DNA of 24,000 nucleotides from Paenibacillus popilliae ATCC 14706 (GTDB lineage Bacteria; Bacillota; Bacilli; Paenibacillales; Paenibacillaceae): NCBI RefSeq assembly GCF_000315235.1, contig NZ_BALG01000064.1, positions 1 to 24,000 of the forward strand, read 5' to 3'. Shown piece by piece: positions 23,580 to 24,000 of this stretch (position 1 is its first letter; each line of letters starts with the position of its first letter). The notes under the pieces were generated by a model. It saw only the letters and a program-made list of their open reading frames with translations, ran no database searches and was not told where the DNA came from. The position numbers and the translations under genes were made by a program.

Positions 23580-24000
23580 AATTAGATAACACGCTGCCGC
23601 TTGAATATCGCTCGGAGGAGAACAGCAACCGTATTTTCGGATTCTGGTTGTTCTTAGGGGCAGAGATTGTCCTCTTCTCCACTCTCTTTGCTGTCTATCT
23701 GACGTTATGGGATCATACGGGCAGCGGCCCGACGGGGCCGGATATTTTTGAACTGAAGGGCGTCCTAATCGAGACGTTCCTGCTTCTGACCAGCAGCTTC
23801 ACCTGCGGTCTCGCAATTCACAGCATGCGTCTCGGGCTCAAGAAGCCGACGCTCGTCTTCTTCGGCATCACCCTGCTGCTCGGCCTCGGCTTCCTTGGCG
23901 TCGAGATCAGCGAATTCGTGACGTATGTCCATGACGGCGCAACCCTGCAGACGAGCGCCTTCCTGTCCAGCTTGTTCGTGCTGCTGGGCACACACGGCGC
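23576..24000 (+). CDS. qoxC: Cytochrome aa3 quinol oxidase subunit III (5' part; runs off the window)
   Basis: ATGA start/stop overlap with qoxB. MKLDNTLPLEYRSEENSNRIFGFWLFLGAEIVLFSTLFAVY...LLLTSSFTCGLAIH...SAFLSSLFVLLGTHG matches QoxC (ILGFWIFLGAEIVLFSTLFA...SSFTCGIAVH...VLLGTHG). It is not in the ORF track because there is no stop in the window. Confidence 0.85.
   Translation, partial: MKLDNTLPLEYRSEENSNRIFGFWLFLGAEIVLFSTLFAVYLTLWDHTGSGPTGPDIFELKGVLIETFLLLTSSFTCGLAIHSMRLGLKKPTLVFFGITLLLGLGFLGVEISEFVTYVHDGATLQTSAFLSSLFVLLGTHG

Overview
The gene content, SLH-anchored surface protein and mixed GC point to a Firmicute chromosome segment, probably Paenibacillus-like; this taxonomy is inferred, not proven. 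Two core respiratory operons frame the window. cydA-cydB-cydD-cydC (cytochrome bd oxidase plus CydDC exporter) lies on the minus strand at 2012-7896, with two Rex/Fnr-type TGTGA-N6-TCACA boxes upstream. qoxA-qoxB-qoxC' (aa3-type quinol oxidase) lies on the plus strand from 20703 to the window end. Between them are a secreted TIM-barrel glycosidase-like protein, a UgtP-like glycolipid glycosyltransferase, a GNAT acetyltransferase with an odd C-terminal tail, a MenA-like prenyltransferase, a few small ORFs and several decayed genes (a sigma-factor-like pseudogene and a nucleoside hydrolase fragment). The first 1.8 kb is an AT-rich junkyard of IS1182/IS5-like remnants and a ~395-bp tandemly duplicated non-coding element with a covarying hairpin. 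The most interesting part is the module at 15.3-19.8 kb. It encodes a secreted Pro-Pro endopeptidase (PPEP-1/PPEP-2 family, M34/ATLF-like) tail-to-tail with a 1091-aa vWFA/MucBP/SLH adhesin. The linker just before the adhesin's SLH anchor reads PLPPVP, the published PPEP-2 cleavage motif. Both genes carry leaders that resemble c-di-GMP-I (GEMM-I) riboswitches. The adhesin leader has a near-consensus promoter and an aptamer whose 3' strand overlaps an intrinsic terminator. The protease leader is a divergent variant with no obvious terminator. The adhesin also contains 6.5 near-identical in-frame 42-bp tandem repeats next to an internal duplication of part of its own vWFA domain. All family assignments rest on motif recognition and remembered homolog sequences; no searches were run.
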